From NCBI GenBank assembly GCA_048268245.1, contig JBLWVX010000017.1:1-52532 (forward strand): a stretch of 52,532 bases of DNA. Direction: 5' to 3'. Below the pieces are notes generated by a model that had not been told where the DNA came from, ran no database searches, and saw only the letters and a list, made by a program, of their open reading frames with translations. Shown here piece after piece: positions 20,113 to 29,559 of this stretch (positions are counted from its first letter, which is position 1; the number at the start of each line of letters is the position of its first letter). This DNA comes from Arcobacteraceae bacterium (GTDB taxonomy: Bacteria; Campylobacterota; Campylobacteria; Campylobacterales; Arcobacteraceae). The translations under genes were made by a program, and so were the position numbers.

Positions 20113-20144
20113 TTCACAATATGTCTACAATTTAGAAATATACT
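20113..20144 (+). promoter_or_regulatory. Putative OmpR-family tandem box plus -10
   Basis: TTCAC-N6-TCTAC then TATACT. Confidence 0.45.
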
Positions 20145-20173
20145 TCTTTTAGAAAATGTAAAAGGAGTGTTTT

Positions 20174-20701
20174 ATGAAAAAACTACTAATTTCAATTTTT
20201 ATTTTATCGAGCTTTATTTATGCAAAACAAGATAAAGTTTATTCTTATGCACATGTATATAAAAGTGAACCTATCTATGAATATAGATATGAAAGAGTCT
20301 ATAAACAATGTGAAGAACCTTATTATAGAAGTGATTATGATGAAACTTATAGCTCTTATGATAATAATTCTATCGGTGTTGATACCTTAGTTGGTGCTAC
20401 TATAGGTGTTGCTATAGGTAATCAAATAGGTAAGGGTAATGGACGTGATGTCGCAAGAGTAGTTGGTGGACTTATGGGTGCTGCTATTGCAAATAATAGT
20501 AGAGAACAAAGGTCAAATCATAGAAATAGTAATAGATATAAAAAGCAGTATAACTCTTGTGATGATAGTTATTATACGCAAAGAGAAAGAAGAGTTTTAA
20601 CAGGATATAGAAACTACTTTACTTTTGAAAATAGACAATATACTAAGGTAACAAAAAGAGCAAAAAACAGAATTAGAGTCACTAAGACTATTAGTTTTTA
20701 A
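20174..20701 (+). CDS. Glycine zipper 2TM domain protein
   Basis: GATIGVAIGNQIGKGNGRDVARVVGGLMGAAIAN. Confidence 0.88.
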   Translation: MKKLLISIFILSSFIYAKQDKVYSYAHVYKSEPIYEYRYERVYKQCEEPYYRSDYDETYSSYDNNSIGVDTLVGATIGVAIGNQIGKGNGRDVARVVGGLMGAAIANNSREQRSNHRNSNRYKKQYNSCDDSYYTQRERRVLTGYRNYFTFENRQYTKVTKRAKNRIRVTKTISF

Positions 20702-21528
20702 CTTAATAGTCTTGTAACTGTCTGCTGGTTTATATTATTTGATTGGGCTGCTCCAAAAGCTCCAATTTGAGCTAAAATATTTTGTTTAGAAAAGCTTGCA
20801 ACTTCTGCTGCAAAATTTGTGTTAAACACATCTGCTGCTCCAAGTGTTGAGCTAGTTTGACTTAAAAGATTTCTAGTATTACTTTCAAGTTGGTTTTGAG
20901 TAGAACCAAATTCACCTCTAATAGTATTTAAATCATTAATTGCTGTATCTAAAGTATCAAGGTATGATCTAGCATCATCTGCATTAAATGTATTAGGGTC
21001 TTCATTTAAAAGATTATTTAATCCTAAGCCTTGTGTATTTGATTGTACGGCTGTTGTCTCAATTGGTGTTCCATCTTCATCTGAGGTTTGAAACTGTAAA
21101 GTTTGACTAGCATTTTGGTCATCTGCACTATTTTGTAATAGAGTGTTTCCATTATAGTTTGTTTGGCTTGCTATGTCATCAAATTGTGTTAAAAGACCTT
21201 GAATATCATTTAAGATGGCTTCTCTACCTTCTTGACTCGTAGTACCATTTGAAGCTTCTAATAGTTTTTCTTTTACATTATCAAGTATAGTTGATTGTCC
21301 TGTTAATGCACCATCAGCTATTTGTGTTAAAGCTATGGCTGAATTACTATTTTCAATAGCTTGAGTATATCCACTTGCTTGCACATTTAAATTATTTAGT
21401 ATTGAAAGACTTGATGGATCATCACTTGCTTTATTTATTTCAATACCTGTAGCTATTCTATTTAAGGCTTGATTAGCGTTATTATATATATTATTGTTGT
21501 TTATATGAGAGTTATTATTTATTTCCAT
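20698..21528 (-). CDS. Short flagellin-like protein
   Basis: RIATG..INKASDD, QIADGAL, TNYNG..LL, RGEFGSTQNQLE, FSKQNIL; almost no variable central domain. Confidence 0.88.
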   Translation of the reverse strand: MEINNNSHINNNNIYNNANQALNRIATGIEINKASDDPSSLSILNNLNVQASGYTQAIENSNSAIALTQIADGALTGQSTILDNVKEKLLEASNGTTSQEGREAILNDIQGLLTQFDDIASQTNYNGNTLLQNSADDQNASQTLQFQTSDEDGTPIETTAVQSNTQGLGLNNLLNEDPNTFNADDARSYLDTLDTAINDLNTIRGEFGSTQNQLESNTRNLLSQTSSTLGAADVFNTNFAAEVASFSKQNILAQIGAFGAAQSNNINQQTVTRLLS

Positions 21529-21648
21529 TTTAAACTCCTTTTATCATATACTATAATTCTATAGCTATTAATATTAATTTAAGATTAAGTCTTGCTATTA
21601 GTTTAAAAAAGGCATCAATTTGATATAATCCTTTTTATAAGGTAAAAA

Positions 21649-21975
21649 ATGAATTTAATAAAAAAATTAGATGAGATAATAAAAATCATAGAAAAAAATG
21701 AATTTATAAAAGCTCATGATTTGTTTGAAGAGTTATGGAGAGAGTATAAAAATGACAAAAACACAAGAGAAGAGTCATTTATTCTAAAAGCTTTTGTAAA
21801 TGCTAGTGTATGTATAGAGTTGTATAAAATGAATAGGGTAGAACATAGTACAAATGTTTGGAATACTTTTAAAAAATATGAATATTTAATCGATGAACTA
21901 GAAAGTATAAATAGTTCAAGTTACAAGAAAATACATAAATTAATATATAAAAAAAGAGATGAGTTTATAAAGTGA
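21649..21975 (+). CDS. DUF309-like protein
   Basis: FIKAHDLFEELW motif. Confidence 0.7.
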   Translation: MNLIKKLDEIIKIIEKNEFIKAHDLFEELWREYKNDKNTREESFILKAFVNASVCIELYKMNRVEHSTNVWNTFKKYEYLIDELESINSSSYKKIHKLIYKKRDEFIK

Positions 21976-22502
21976 TAATTTTAGATTTTGAAACAAACAC
22001 ACATAATATAGGTGATGTAATTGAAGTGGCTGCTGTGAAACTTGATATATCAAATAACAGTTTTGAAATAGTTGATAAATTTCATAGATACTATTTGTCT
22101 AGATACCCTGTGAATTTTTATTCATATAGTGTACATAGATTAACTCCTGAATTAATAATGGATTATAGAAAAGATAAAAACTATCCTTCATACTTTAATG
22201 AAGATGAAGATTTTAAAGAGTTTTGTTATAGTGCTCAAACATTAGTCGCTCATAATATTAGCTTTGAGTTAAGACATATTGATAAACTTGCAAAGTTTCA
22301 AAATCATATTTGTACAATGAAAGAAAATAAACATTTGGTAAAATCTTTAAATAGTAAAGGTAGTATAAAAAATCCAAGTTTAGATGAGGTTTGTGAGTTT
22401 TATAAAATAGATTTTGATAAAAACTCACATCATAGTGCAACTTATGATGTAAGTAAAACTTTTGAAGTTTTAAAAAAGATGGGAGTTTTAAAAAGTAATT
22501 AA
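21972..22502 (+). CDS. DEDDh 3'-5' exonuclease
   Basis: LDFET, VAHNISFE, HSATYDV. Confidence 0.9.
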   Translation: MIILDFETNTHNIGDVIEVAAVKLDISNNSFEIVDKFHRYYLSRYPVNFYSYSVHRLTPELIMDYRKDKNYPSYFNEDEDFKEFCYSAQTLVAHNISFELRHIDKLAKFQNHICTMKENKHLVKSLNSKGSIKNPSLDEVCEFYKIDFDKNSHHSATYDVSKTFEVLKKMGVLKSN

Positions 22503-23783
22503 TTACTTTCTAAAACTTCTATTTGAATCTCTTTTTGTAGTTTTTCTTTTTTTCTTTTTAGCAGGTTGTCTTGTAGCTGTTGATTTATTTAATGCTTTTT
22601 TCTGACTAAGCTTTTGCTTAGGTCTTGGTTTAAGACCTCTTGGTTTTTTTTCAGTTGGTTCAAAGTCCTCAATAATATCTTTTTTAAGATCTAAGATTAA
22701 GTCTTTTTCAATTTTCATCATCATTTTATAATCTTTGATACATAAAAGAGTAATAGCAACACCTGCATTCCCAGCTCTTCCTGTTCTTCCAATTCTATGA
22801 GTATAATCAGCAACTGTTTCAGGTAAAGAGTAGTTTACTACTACTGGTAAAAGTTGAATATCTATACCTCTTGCAGCAATATCAGTTGCAACAAGAACTC
22901 TAATATCTCCACTTTTAAACTTTCTTAAGGCTTTTGCTCTTGCTGTTTGTCTAATATCTCCATGGATACATGAAGCTTTTAAGCCATCTAATTCTAAGTG
23001 CTCAACAAGTCCATCAGCTTCTTTTTTTGTATTTACAAATACTAAAACCTGAGAGTAGTTTCTTGAACCAATAAGATATGATAAAAGTTCATTTTTCTTA
23101 TCGGCATCAACTTTTACAACTTGTTGGTCAATCACATCAACACTAGATCTTTGGTTTGAAACTTCTATTACAGATGGAGTCTCTAAAAACTCTTTTGCAA
23201 GTTTTTTTACATTCTGATTTAGTGTTGCTGAAAACATCATAATTTGTCTGTTCATACTAGCATTTGAGAAGATTTTTTCAATATCTTCTAAAAATCCCAT
23301 ATCAAGCATAGTATCAACTTCATCTACAACTAAAGTTGTAACTGTTGATAGGTTTACAGTTTTATTTTTGATGTGCTCTAACAGTCTTCCTGGTGTTGCT
23401 ACAATAATATCAACACCCTTTGCTATTTTTCTTTCTTGATCTTTTGATGATACTCCACCAAAAACTACAGTTTTTCTAATATCAATATATTTACTAAAGT
23501 CTTCAATAGCTTTATTGATTTGATTTACAAGTTCTCTTGTTGGTGCAATAATTAAAGCTCTTAAAGGATGAGCTTGATTATTTGTTTGATATATTTCGTC
23601 AATAATTGGTAATACAAAAGCAGCAGTTTTACCTGAACCACTTTGGGCAGTTGCTAAAATATCTTTCTTTTTTAAAGCAACAGGTATACTTTTCTTTTGA
23701 ATTGGTGTTGGTGTTTCATAATTTAAATCTTCCAAGGCTTTAATAATACTCGGTTCTAAATTTAATGAATTAAATGCTTTGAT
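22503..23783 (-). CDS. DEAD-box RNA helicase (RhlE-like); start extended to a probable ATC codon
   Basis: PTPIQ, AQSGSGKT, DEVD, SAT, HRIGRTGRAG; conserved F..L.L...I..AL segment lies upstream of the ORF-track TTG at 23735. Confidence 0.9.
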   Translation of the reverse strand: MKAFNSLNLEPSIIKALEDLNYETPTPIQKKSIPVALKKKDILATAQSGSGKTAAFVLPIIDEIYQTNNQAHPLRALIIAPTRELVNQINKAIEDFSKYIDIRKTVVFGGVSSKDQERKIAKGVDIIVATPGRLLEHIKNKTVNLSTVTTLVVDEVDTMLDMGFLEDIEKIFSNASMNRQIMMFSATLNQNVKKLAKEFLETPSVIEVSNQRSSVDVIDQQVVKVDADKKNELLSYLIGSRNYSQVLVFVNTKKEADGLVEHLELDGLKASCIHGDIRQTARAKALRKFKSGDIRVLVATDIAARGIDIQLLPVVVNYSLPETVADYTHRIGRTGRAGNAGVAITLLCIKDYKMMMKIEKDLILDLKKDIIEDFEPTEKKPRGLKPRPKQKLSQKKALNKSTATRQPAKKKKRKTTKRDSNRSFRK

Positions 23784-23838
23784 GATAATTCCTTTTAAAT
23801 CTTTTTATATTCGCGATTATATCTAAAAATAGATAATA

Positions 23839-26523
23839 TTAGTCAATATCTTTTTTGGGTGCACTAAAATGATACCCTTGAGAATAATCAATATCTAATT
23901 CATATAAGACATCTAAAATCTCTTTATTCTCTACAAACTCTGCAATTGTCTTCATATTCATCTTTTTTGCAAAGTCTACAATTACTGAAACTACTGCTTT
24001 AGAATCTTCATTTTTATGAATGTCTTTTATCATAGAACCATCAATTTTAATAAAATCTGCTTTTAATTTTAATAGATATTCAAAGTTAGAATAACCTGTT
24101 CCAAAGTCATCAATAGCTATCTTTACTCCATATTTTTTAACTTCTGAAATAAATTTTGATACTTCTGTAAAGTTTTCAATAGATTCAGATTCAACAATTT
24201 CAAATACTAACTTTTCTCCAATTTGATATTTTTCTAACATTAAGAAAATATAGGATTGGATATCTTCATTTAAAATATCTTCAATTGTAAGGTTAATAGA
24301 AAATTCATAGTTACTATCTTTGAATTTTTCAAAACTTTTTTTAATTACGGTTTTTGTAATTGTTCCATAATGTTTTGTTTTTTTAGATATTTCTAAAAAG
24401 AAAAATGGTGATACTACTTTGTTATCTTCATCTATTAATCTAACTAATGATTCATATTTTTCAATTTCTTTTGTTTTATTATTGATTATTGGTTGAAAAA
24501 ATGGAACTATTTTATCTTCAGTAATAGCAATCTTTAGTTTCTTGGTCCACTTGATGTTATTTTCATACATCTTATCTAAGCTATAGTCATCTTTGTATAC
24601 AAGTAAATCAACAGCATTCTTTTTAGCATGTTTTAAAGCCATATTCGAAGTTGGTAAAAGTTTGTCTTTATTTTCATAAGATATTGATGATGTTATATTT
24701 AAATTGATTTCTTCATTTTCTATCTTAAATGGTTTATTATTAATTTTTCTATTAAGTTTATACACTTCTCCAAAAAATGACTCTTTTTCAAAACTATTAC
24801 TTAAGTTTGAAAGTAAAGCGAATTCATCTGCTTGGGTTCTATAAATTCTGATATTTTTATTATTAATAAACTCTTCTTGTAAAAAAGAAGCAAGTTCAAT
24901 TATAAGTCTATCTCCAAAAAGATGACCATAAAAATCATTTACTTGTCTAAAGCTATCTATATTAAAAAATGATAGTGCTGGCATATCAAACTTTTTTATG
25001 TCATTTATTAATTTTGATCTATTACAAAGACCTGTTAGTTTGTCTGTATTTGCTGCTTTTTTTATTGTTTCTCTTTGTTCAATAAGCTCTGTAATATCAT
25101 ACCTAAAAGCAATATATTTAGTAATATTATTGTTTTCATCTAAAAGGGGACGAATTATAAGGTTTACCCAATAGTGTGAACCATCTTTTCTTCTATTTTT
25201 TAAAGTACCTTTCCAAGTTTTTTTACTTTGAATAGTATTCCACAAATTTTCAAACACTTCTTTTGGTGTATCAGGATGTCTGATTAAATTATGAGGAGCT
25301 CCTATTAATTCTTCTTTTGAATAACCAGAGATTTTTATAAAATTGTCATTTACATATGTGATTTTTCCTGTTAAGTCAGATTTACTTACAATTGCTGCTT
25401 CATCCATTATTGCTTTATAGCTATTTAAAAAGGCTATGTTTTTGTCAAGAGCTGTTGATAACTCCTTAAAGTCATAACTGATGTTTTTTATTTCATCTTT
25501 TGTTTTCTTACTTGTTTTAAAACTAGAAAGTTTGGTTTTCTTCTTTATATTTTCAATAATATTTTGCAAATTATCTATAGGATTTAATATGTACTTTTTT
25601 GTGAAAAGATATGATAGAAAAATTGTAATACTTAGAATTAGAAGCCAAATAAGTATAATAGTTTCAATTGTTTTTTGAATTTTCTTGTTTATAGTCTCTT
25701 TATTTAAAATATTTACTAAATAAATAGATGTTTTACCATCAGTTATTTTCGACTTTTTTATAAGATAGTTTTTAGATTTTTTGATTGCTTTAAAACTATT
25801 TTTATCTAAGTTATCTATAAAAATGTATTTTTGATTATCAAGTTGAAATATAACATTATTTATAAAATTTTCTTTTAAATTATTTAAGAATAAAGAGTCG
25901 ATATTAAAACATACTTTTAAATACCCAACAAGTTTTTCTCCTAAAAAAACCTCTTTTACATATACACTTATAATACTATTTTCTTTTTGTACAAAAGTAA
26001 AAGAGTTTTTCTTAAATTCATTTATATTTTTCAACTTTGGAAATTCTTTGTTTTTTTTATTTATCATGTCAACAAATACAGCTTTTTGTTTTTCATAAGA
26101 TAAATAACCATTATTTCTTTTACCTTCATGTTCTGAATTTGTGATAATAAGATTTCTATTTTTATCATAAAGACTTAAAGATATGCCTTCTTTTAAACTT
26201 ACCCATTGAGAAGAAAGCTCCAGTAATCTCTGTTTTTCATAATCAAAAGTTTCTTTAGGGTAACTTTTAGGGTCTTGATAATTGGATATTAAATTTAATG
26301 AAAGTTTTGTATTTTCATTATTTGTAATAGTTAATGATAGTTTTTTTATTTGTTCTTTTTTTTCTTTTAGATATGAATTGAATATTTTTTTATCATGTTT
26401 TATACTAAGTATTGCTTGCTCTTCAAATATTGAGTTCATATTTTTATAATAAACAATACCACTTAGTATTAAACTAAGAGATGAAATTGAGATTATTAGA
26501 ATAAATAGTTTATTTCTTAACAA
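23839..26523 (-). CDS. Membrane-anchored PAS-GGDEF(degenerate)-EAL protein, probable c-di-GMP phosphodiesterase
   Basis: 2 TM around a periplasmic domain; PAS (HNLIRHPD); QADEF in place of GGDEF; ESLVR, IDDFGTGYSN, IKIDGS, QGYHF. Confidence 0.9.
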   Translation of the reverse strand: MLRNKLFILIISISSLSLILSGIVYYKNMNSIFEEQAILSIKHDKKIFNSYLKEKKEQIKKLSLTITNNENTKLSLNLISNYQDPKSYPKETFDYEKQRLLELSSQWVSLKEGISLSLYDKNRNLIITNSEHEGKRNNGYLSYEKQKAVFVDMINKKNKEFPKLKNINEFKKNSFTFVQKENSIISVYVKEVFLGEKLVGYLKVCFNIDSLFLNNLKENFINNVIFQLDNQKYIFIDNLDKNSFKAIKKSKNYLIKKSKITDGKTSIYLVNILNKETINKKIQKTIETIILIWLLILSITIFLSYLFTKKYILNPIDNLQNIIENIKKKTKLSSFKTSKKTKDEIKNISYDFKELSTALDKNIAFLNSYKAIMDEAAIVSKSDLTGKITYVNDNFIKISGYSKEELIGAPHNLIRHPDTPKEVFENLWNTIQSKKTWKGTLKNRRKDGSHYWVNLIIRPLLDENNNITKYIAFRYDITELIEQRETIKKAANTDKLTGLCNRSKLINDIKKFDMPALSFFNIDSFRQVNDFYGHLFGDRLIIELASFLQEEFINNKNIRIYRTQADEFALLSNLSNSFEKESFFGEVYKLNRKINNKPFKIENEEINLNITSSISYENKDKLLPTSNMALKHAKKNAVDLLVYKDDYSLDKMYENNIKWTKKLKIAITEDKIVPFFQPIINNKTKEIEKYESLVRLIDEDNKVVSPFFFLEISKKTKHYGTITKTVIKKSFEKFKDSNYEFSINLTIEDILNEDIQSYIFLMLEKYQIGEKLVFEIVESESIENFTEVSKFISEVKKYGVKIAIDDFGTGYSNFEYLLKLKADFIKIDGSMIKDIHKNEDSKAVVSVIVDFAKKMNMKTIAEFVENKEILDVLYELDIDYSQGYHFSAPKKDID

Positions 26524-26532
26524 TTATGTCCT

Positions 26533-27441
26533 TTAAAAAATGGGTTGAATTTCCTTTACATTATCTTTTGTTATTTTAAGAGTATTTAATGTAATATTTT
26601 TTTGGATAGGTTTGTTATTTATTATATCTACAATTGTTTGAATAGCTTCTTTAGCTGATGTTTGATAAACAAAAGTTGCAGTTTGGTGACCATCTTTTAT
26701 TGCTTCTTTTGAAGCTTTAATATAATCTATTCCAATCATAGGAGTTGTTAAATCTTTGTTATATTTGTTCATTACTTTTCTAACACCTTCTAACATACTA
26801 TCACTGTGAGAAAAAATTGCATCAAATTTTATATTTTTTTTGTATATTTTTTCCATTACTTTTATAGCGTCAGTTCTTAAAAAATTTGCATTTTCTTTAA
26901 TCACTTTTATATTTGGATATTGTTTTAATATTTTACTAAAACCAGCACTTCTTTTTATAGTTGATGTTGCTGTTTTTATTCCTTGAAGCTCTAAAATTAC
27001 ACCTTTTTTATTTAATATATTTACAAGATGTTTTGCAGCTTCTTCTCCGATTTTTTCATTATCAGGAGATATAAAAGCAGTGTAGTTATTACTACTTATA
27101 GTACTAATTAATAAAATAACTTTAATACCTTTGTCTATTGCTTTTTTTAAAACTAAACTTGTTATATTTGGCTCAATTGGACTTGTAATAATAAAATCTA
27201 AATCTTGTTTTATAAACAATTCAAGATCTCTAATTTGTTTAGAAACTTTTGTATTAGCACTTTTTATAATAAGTTTTAAATTTGGGTGTTTTTTAACTTC
27301 ATTTTTTAACTCTTCTACTTGGGCTAATCTCCAGTCGTTTTTTAGGGTATCTTGAGCAAAACCAATTGTATACTCTTTTGCAGAAATAATTAATGGAAGT
27401 AAACACAAAATAATAAATGAGATTAATTTTTTTAGAATCAC
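26533..27441 (-). CDS. Periplasmic sugar-binding protein (RbsB-like)
   Basis: Signal peptide; IGFAQ..NDWR, PDNEKIG, HSDSM..G, IGID. Confidence 0.85.
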   Translation of the reverse strand: MILKKLISFIILCLLPLIISAKEYTIGFAQDTLKNDWRLAQVEELKNEVKKHPNLKLIIKSANTKVSKQIRDLELFIKQDLDFIITSPIEPNITSLVLKKAIDKGIKVILLISTISSNNYTAFISPDNEKIGEEAAKHLVNILNKKGVILELQGIKTATSTIKRSAGFSKILKQYPNIKVIKENANFLRTDAIKVMEKIYKKNIKFDAIFSHSDSMLEGVRKVMNKYNKDLTTPMIGIDYIKASKEAIKDGHQTATFVYQTSAKEAIQTIVDIINNKPIQKNITLNTLKITKDNVKEIQPIF

Positions 27442-27557
27442 TTTTAACCTTCATAACTTTTTCTTATAAGCAATTATTATATTCTATATAAACTTAAATA
27501 ACTTATTAATGTTATTGTGGTATAAATATAGATATTACCTATATTTTAGGAGTTTTT

Positions 27558-29318
27558 ATGGCAAAGCGAATTTTATATCCTTTGATTTTAGCACTTTTAG
27601 CTTATATTCTTTTTTCAAATGATGATGCAAAAGTTATTATTGCAGGAATTGCAATATTTTTAATTGGTATGGTTTTTATGGAAGATGGTTTTAAGCTATT
27701 TAGTGGAGGTATTCTTGAAAAAGTGATACAAAAAAGTACAAGTAGTATTCCAAAAGCAATTGGAACAGGATTCTTATCCACTTCAATAGTTCAAAGCTCT
27801 TCTTTAGTTTCTATTATAGTAATCTCTTTTTTAAGTGCAGGACTTATTAGTTTAAGTGGTGCAATAGGAATTGTATTTGGATCAAATATAGGTACTACAA
27901 CAACTGCTTGGATAGTATCAACTTTTGGGGTTAAGATTAAAATTTCAGCTTATGCTATGCCTATGATAATCTTTGGTGTTTTATTTAGATTCTCAGGCTC
28001 AAACGGTCTAAAAGGCTTAGGAAATGTTCTTTTAGGTTTAGGTTTTGTTTTCTTAGGTATTTCATATATGAAAGATGGCTTTGAGACATTGAAAGCTGGT
28101 CTTGATTTATCACAGTTTGCCATGGAAGGTTATCTTGGAATTATAGTTTATATAGCATTAGGAGCGATCGCTACTATTATTATCCAGTCAAGTAGTGCAA
28201 CAATGGCACTTATTATTACAGCACTTGCAACGGGACAAATTGTATATTTAAATGCTTTAGAATTAGCAATTGGAGCAAACATAGGTACAACAGTTACAGC
28301 TGTAATAGCTGCACTTGCTTCAAACTCAAATGGAAAAAGATTAGCAGTTGCACACTTTATTTTTAATATAACCACCGGAATAATTGCAATACTTTTCTTA
28401 TATCAATTAGCAGACTTTGTAGACTTTTTAGCTAGTAAAATATCAATTGCTACTGATGATTATACTATGAAATTAGCACTGTTTCACACTGTGTTTAATA
28501 TAATTGGTGTAATTGTAGTTTCTCCTTTTACTTATAAATTAGAGAAATTTCTAAAAGGTTTATTTATAAATGAAAAAAGTTCAAAATCAAAACCAAGGTA
28601 CCTTGATAATGGTTTACTAAAGATTCCTGATGCTGCTTTAATTGGTGTAAAAAAAGAGATTTTCCATCTTTATGATAATGCTCAAGAAGTTTTATCTCAT
28701 GGTATATATTTACATAGGCATAAATACAGAAGTGTAGATATAAAAACATTAAGTGAAGTTGTAGAAAAATCAAATCTAGATATAAATACAGATGTAAATC
28801 TTTTTTATACAAATAAAATTAAAAGCTTATACGGAGAGATAGTTAAATTTTCAGCTTATGCTCAAGAAAGTATGGATGATAAAGATAAACAAAGAATCTA
28901 TGATTTAAAACTTGCAGCAAGAAATATAGTAGAATCTACTAAAGATATTAGAGATTTACATAAAAATTTAACTATTTATTTAAAATCGAAAAATAGTTTT
29001 ATAAAAGATGAATACAATAAAATAAGATTAAATTTAGTTACAATTTTAAAGACTATTGATGATATAAGAAATGAAAAAGATGATATTGAAATTTTATCTT
29101 CTTTAGAGGTATTAAAAGATAATCTAAAACAGTTTGATATTTTAAGAAATGAAAGAATTGATGAGTTAATCAGAGAAGATAAAATAGATAAAAAGATGGC
29201 AACATCTCTAATCAATGACACAACATTTGCCCATGATATTTCAAAAAATATAATTAATGCAATGTCAATTTTATTGATTGAAAATAAAGATATTCAGGAG
29301 TTAGGAGAAGAACTATGA
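27558..29318 (+). CDS. Na+/Pi cotransporter family protein
   Basis: Two QSSS repeats each followed by G(S/A)NIGTT; PhoU-like C-terminus. Confidence 0.93.
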   Translation: MAKRILYPLILALLAYILFSNDDAKVIIAGIAIFLIGMVFMEDGFKLFSGGILEKVIQKSTSSIPKAIGTGFLSTSIVQSSSLVSIIVISFLSAGLISLSGAIGIVFGSNIGTTTTAWIVSTFGVKIKISAYAMPMIIFGVLFRFSGSNGLKGLGNVLLGLGFVFLGISYMKDGFETLKAGLDLSQFAMEGYLGIIVYIALGAIATIIIQSSSATMALIITALATGQIVYLNALELAIGANIGTTVTAVIAALASNSNGKRLAVAHFIFNITTGIIAILFLYQLADFVDFLASKISIATDDYTMKLALFHTVFNIIGVIVVSPFTYKLEKFLKGLFINEKSSKSKPRYLDNGLLKIPDAALIGVKKEIFHLYDNAQEVLSHGIYLHRHKYRSVDIKTLSEVVEKSNLDINTDVNLFYTNKIKSLYGEIVKFSAYAQESMDDKDKQRIYDLKLAARNIVESTKDIRDLHKNLTIYLKSKNSFIKDEYNKIRLNLVTILKTIDDIRNEKDDIEILSSLEVLKDNLKQFDILRNERIDELIREDKIDKKMATSLINDTTFAHDISKNIINAMSILLIENKDIQELGEEL

Positions 29319-29533
29319 AAATAGAAAAAATTTTTGATGAAATAAAAGAGTTATATGATTTATCACTTAGTAAAAGTATCTTAAAGCAAAAAAAGAGAGA
29401 TTTAGAAAGTGAAATAGAGCTTAAAATAAAAAAGACTAAAAAATCTATAAAAAATGAAGAGTCTAACAAACAAAAAGAAAAACTACAAAAAAAGTTAGAA
29501 ATATTAAAAAAGCTAAAAAAGAAAGTAAAGTAG
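29315..29533 (+). CDS. Small Lys-rich hypothetical protein
   Basis: ATGA overlap with the upstream gene and AGGAG RBS. Confidence 0.55.
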   Translation: MKIEKIFDEIKELYDLSLSKSILKQKKRDLESEIELKIKKTKKSIKNEESNKQKEKLQKKLEILKKLKKKVK

Positions 29534-29559
29534 TATAAACTTTTCAATATAATTGCCTT

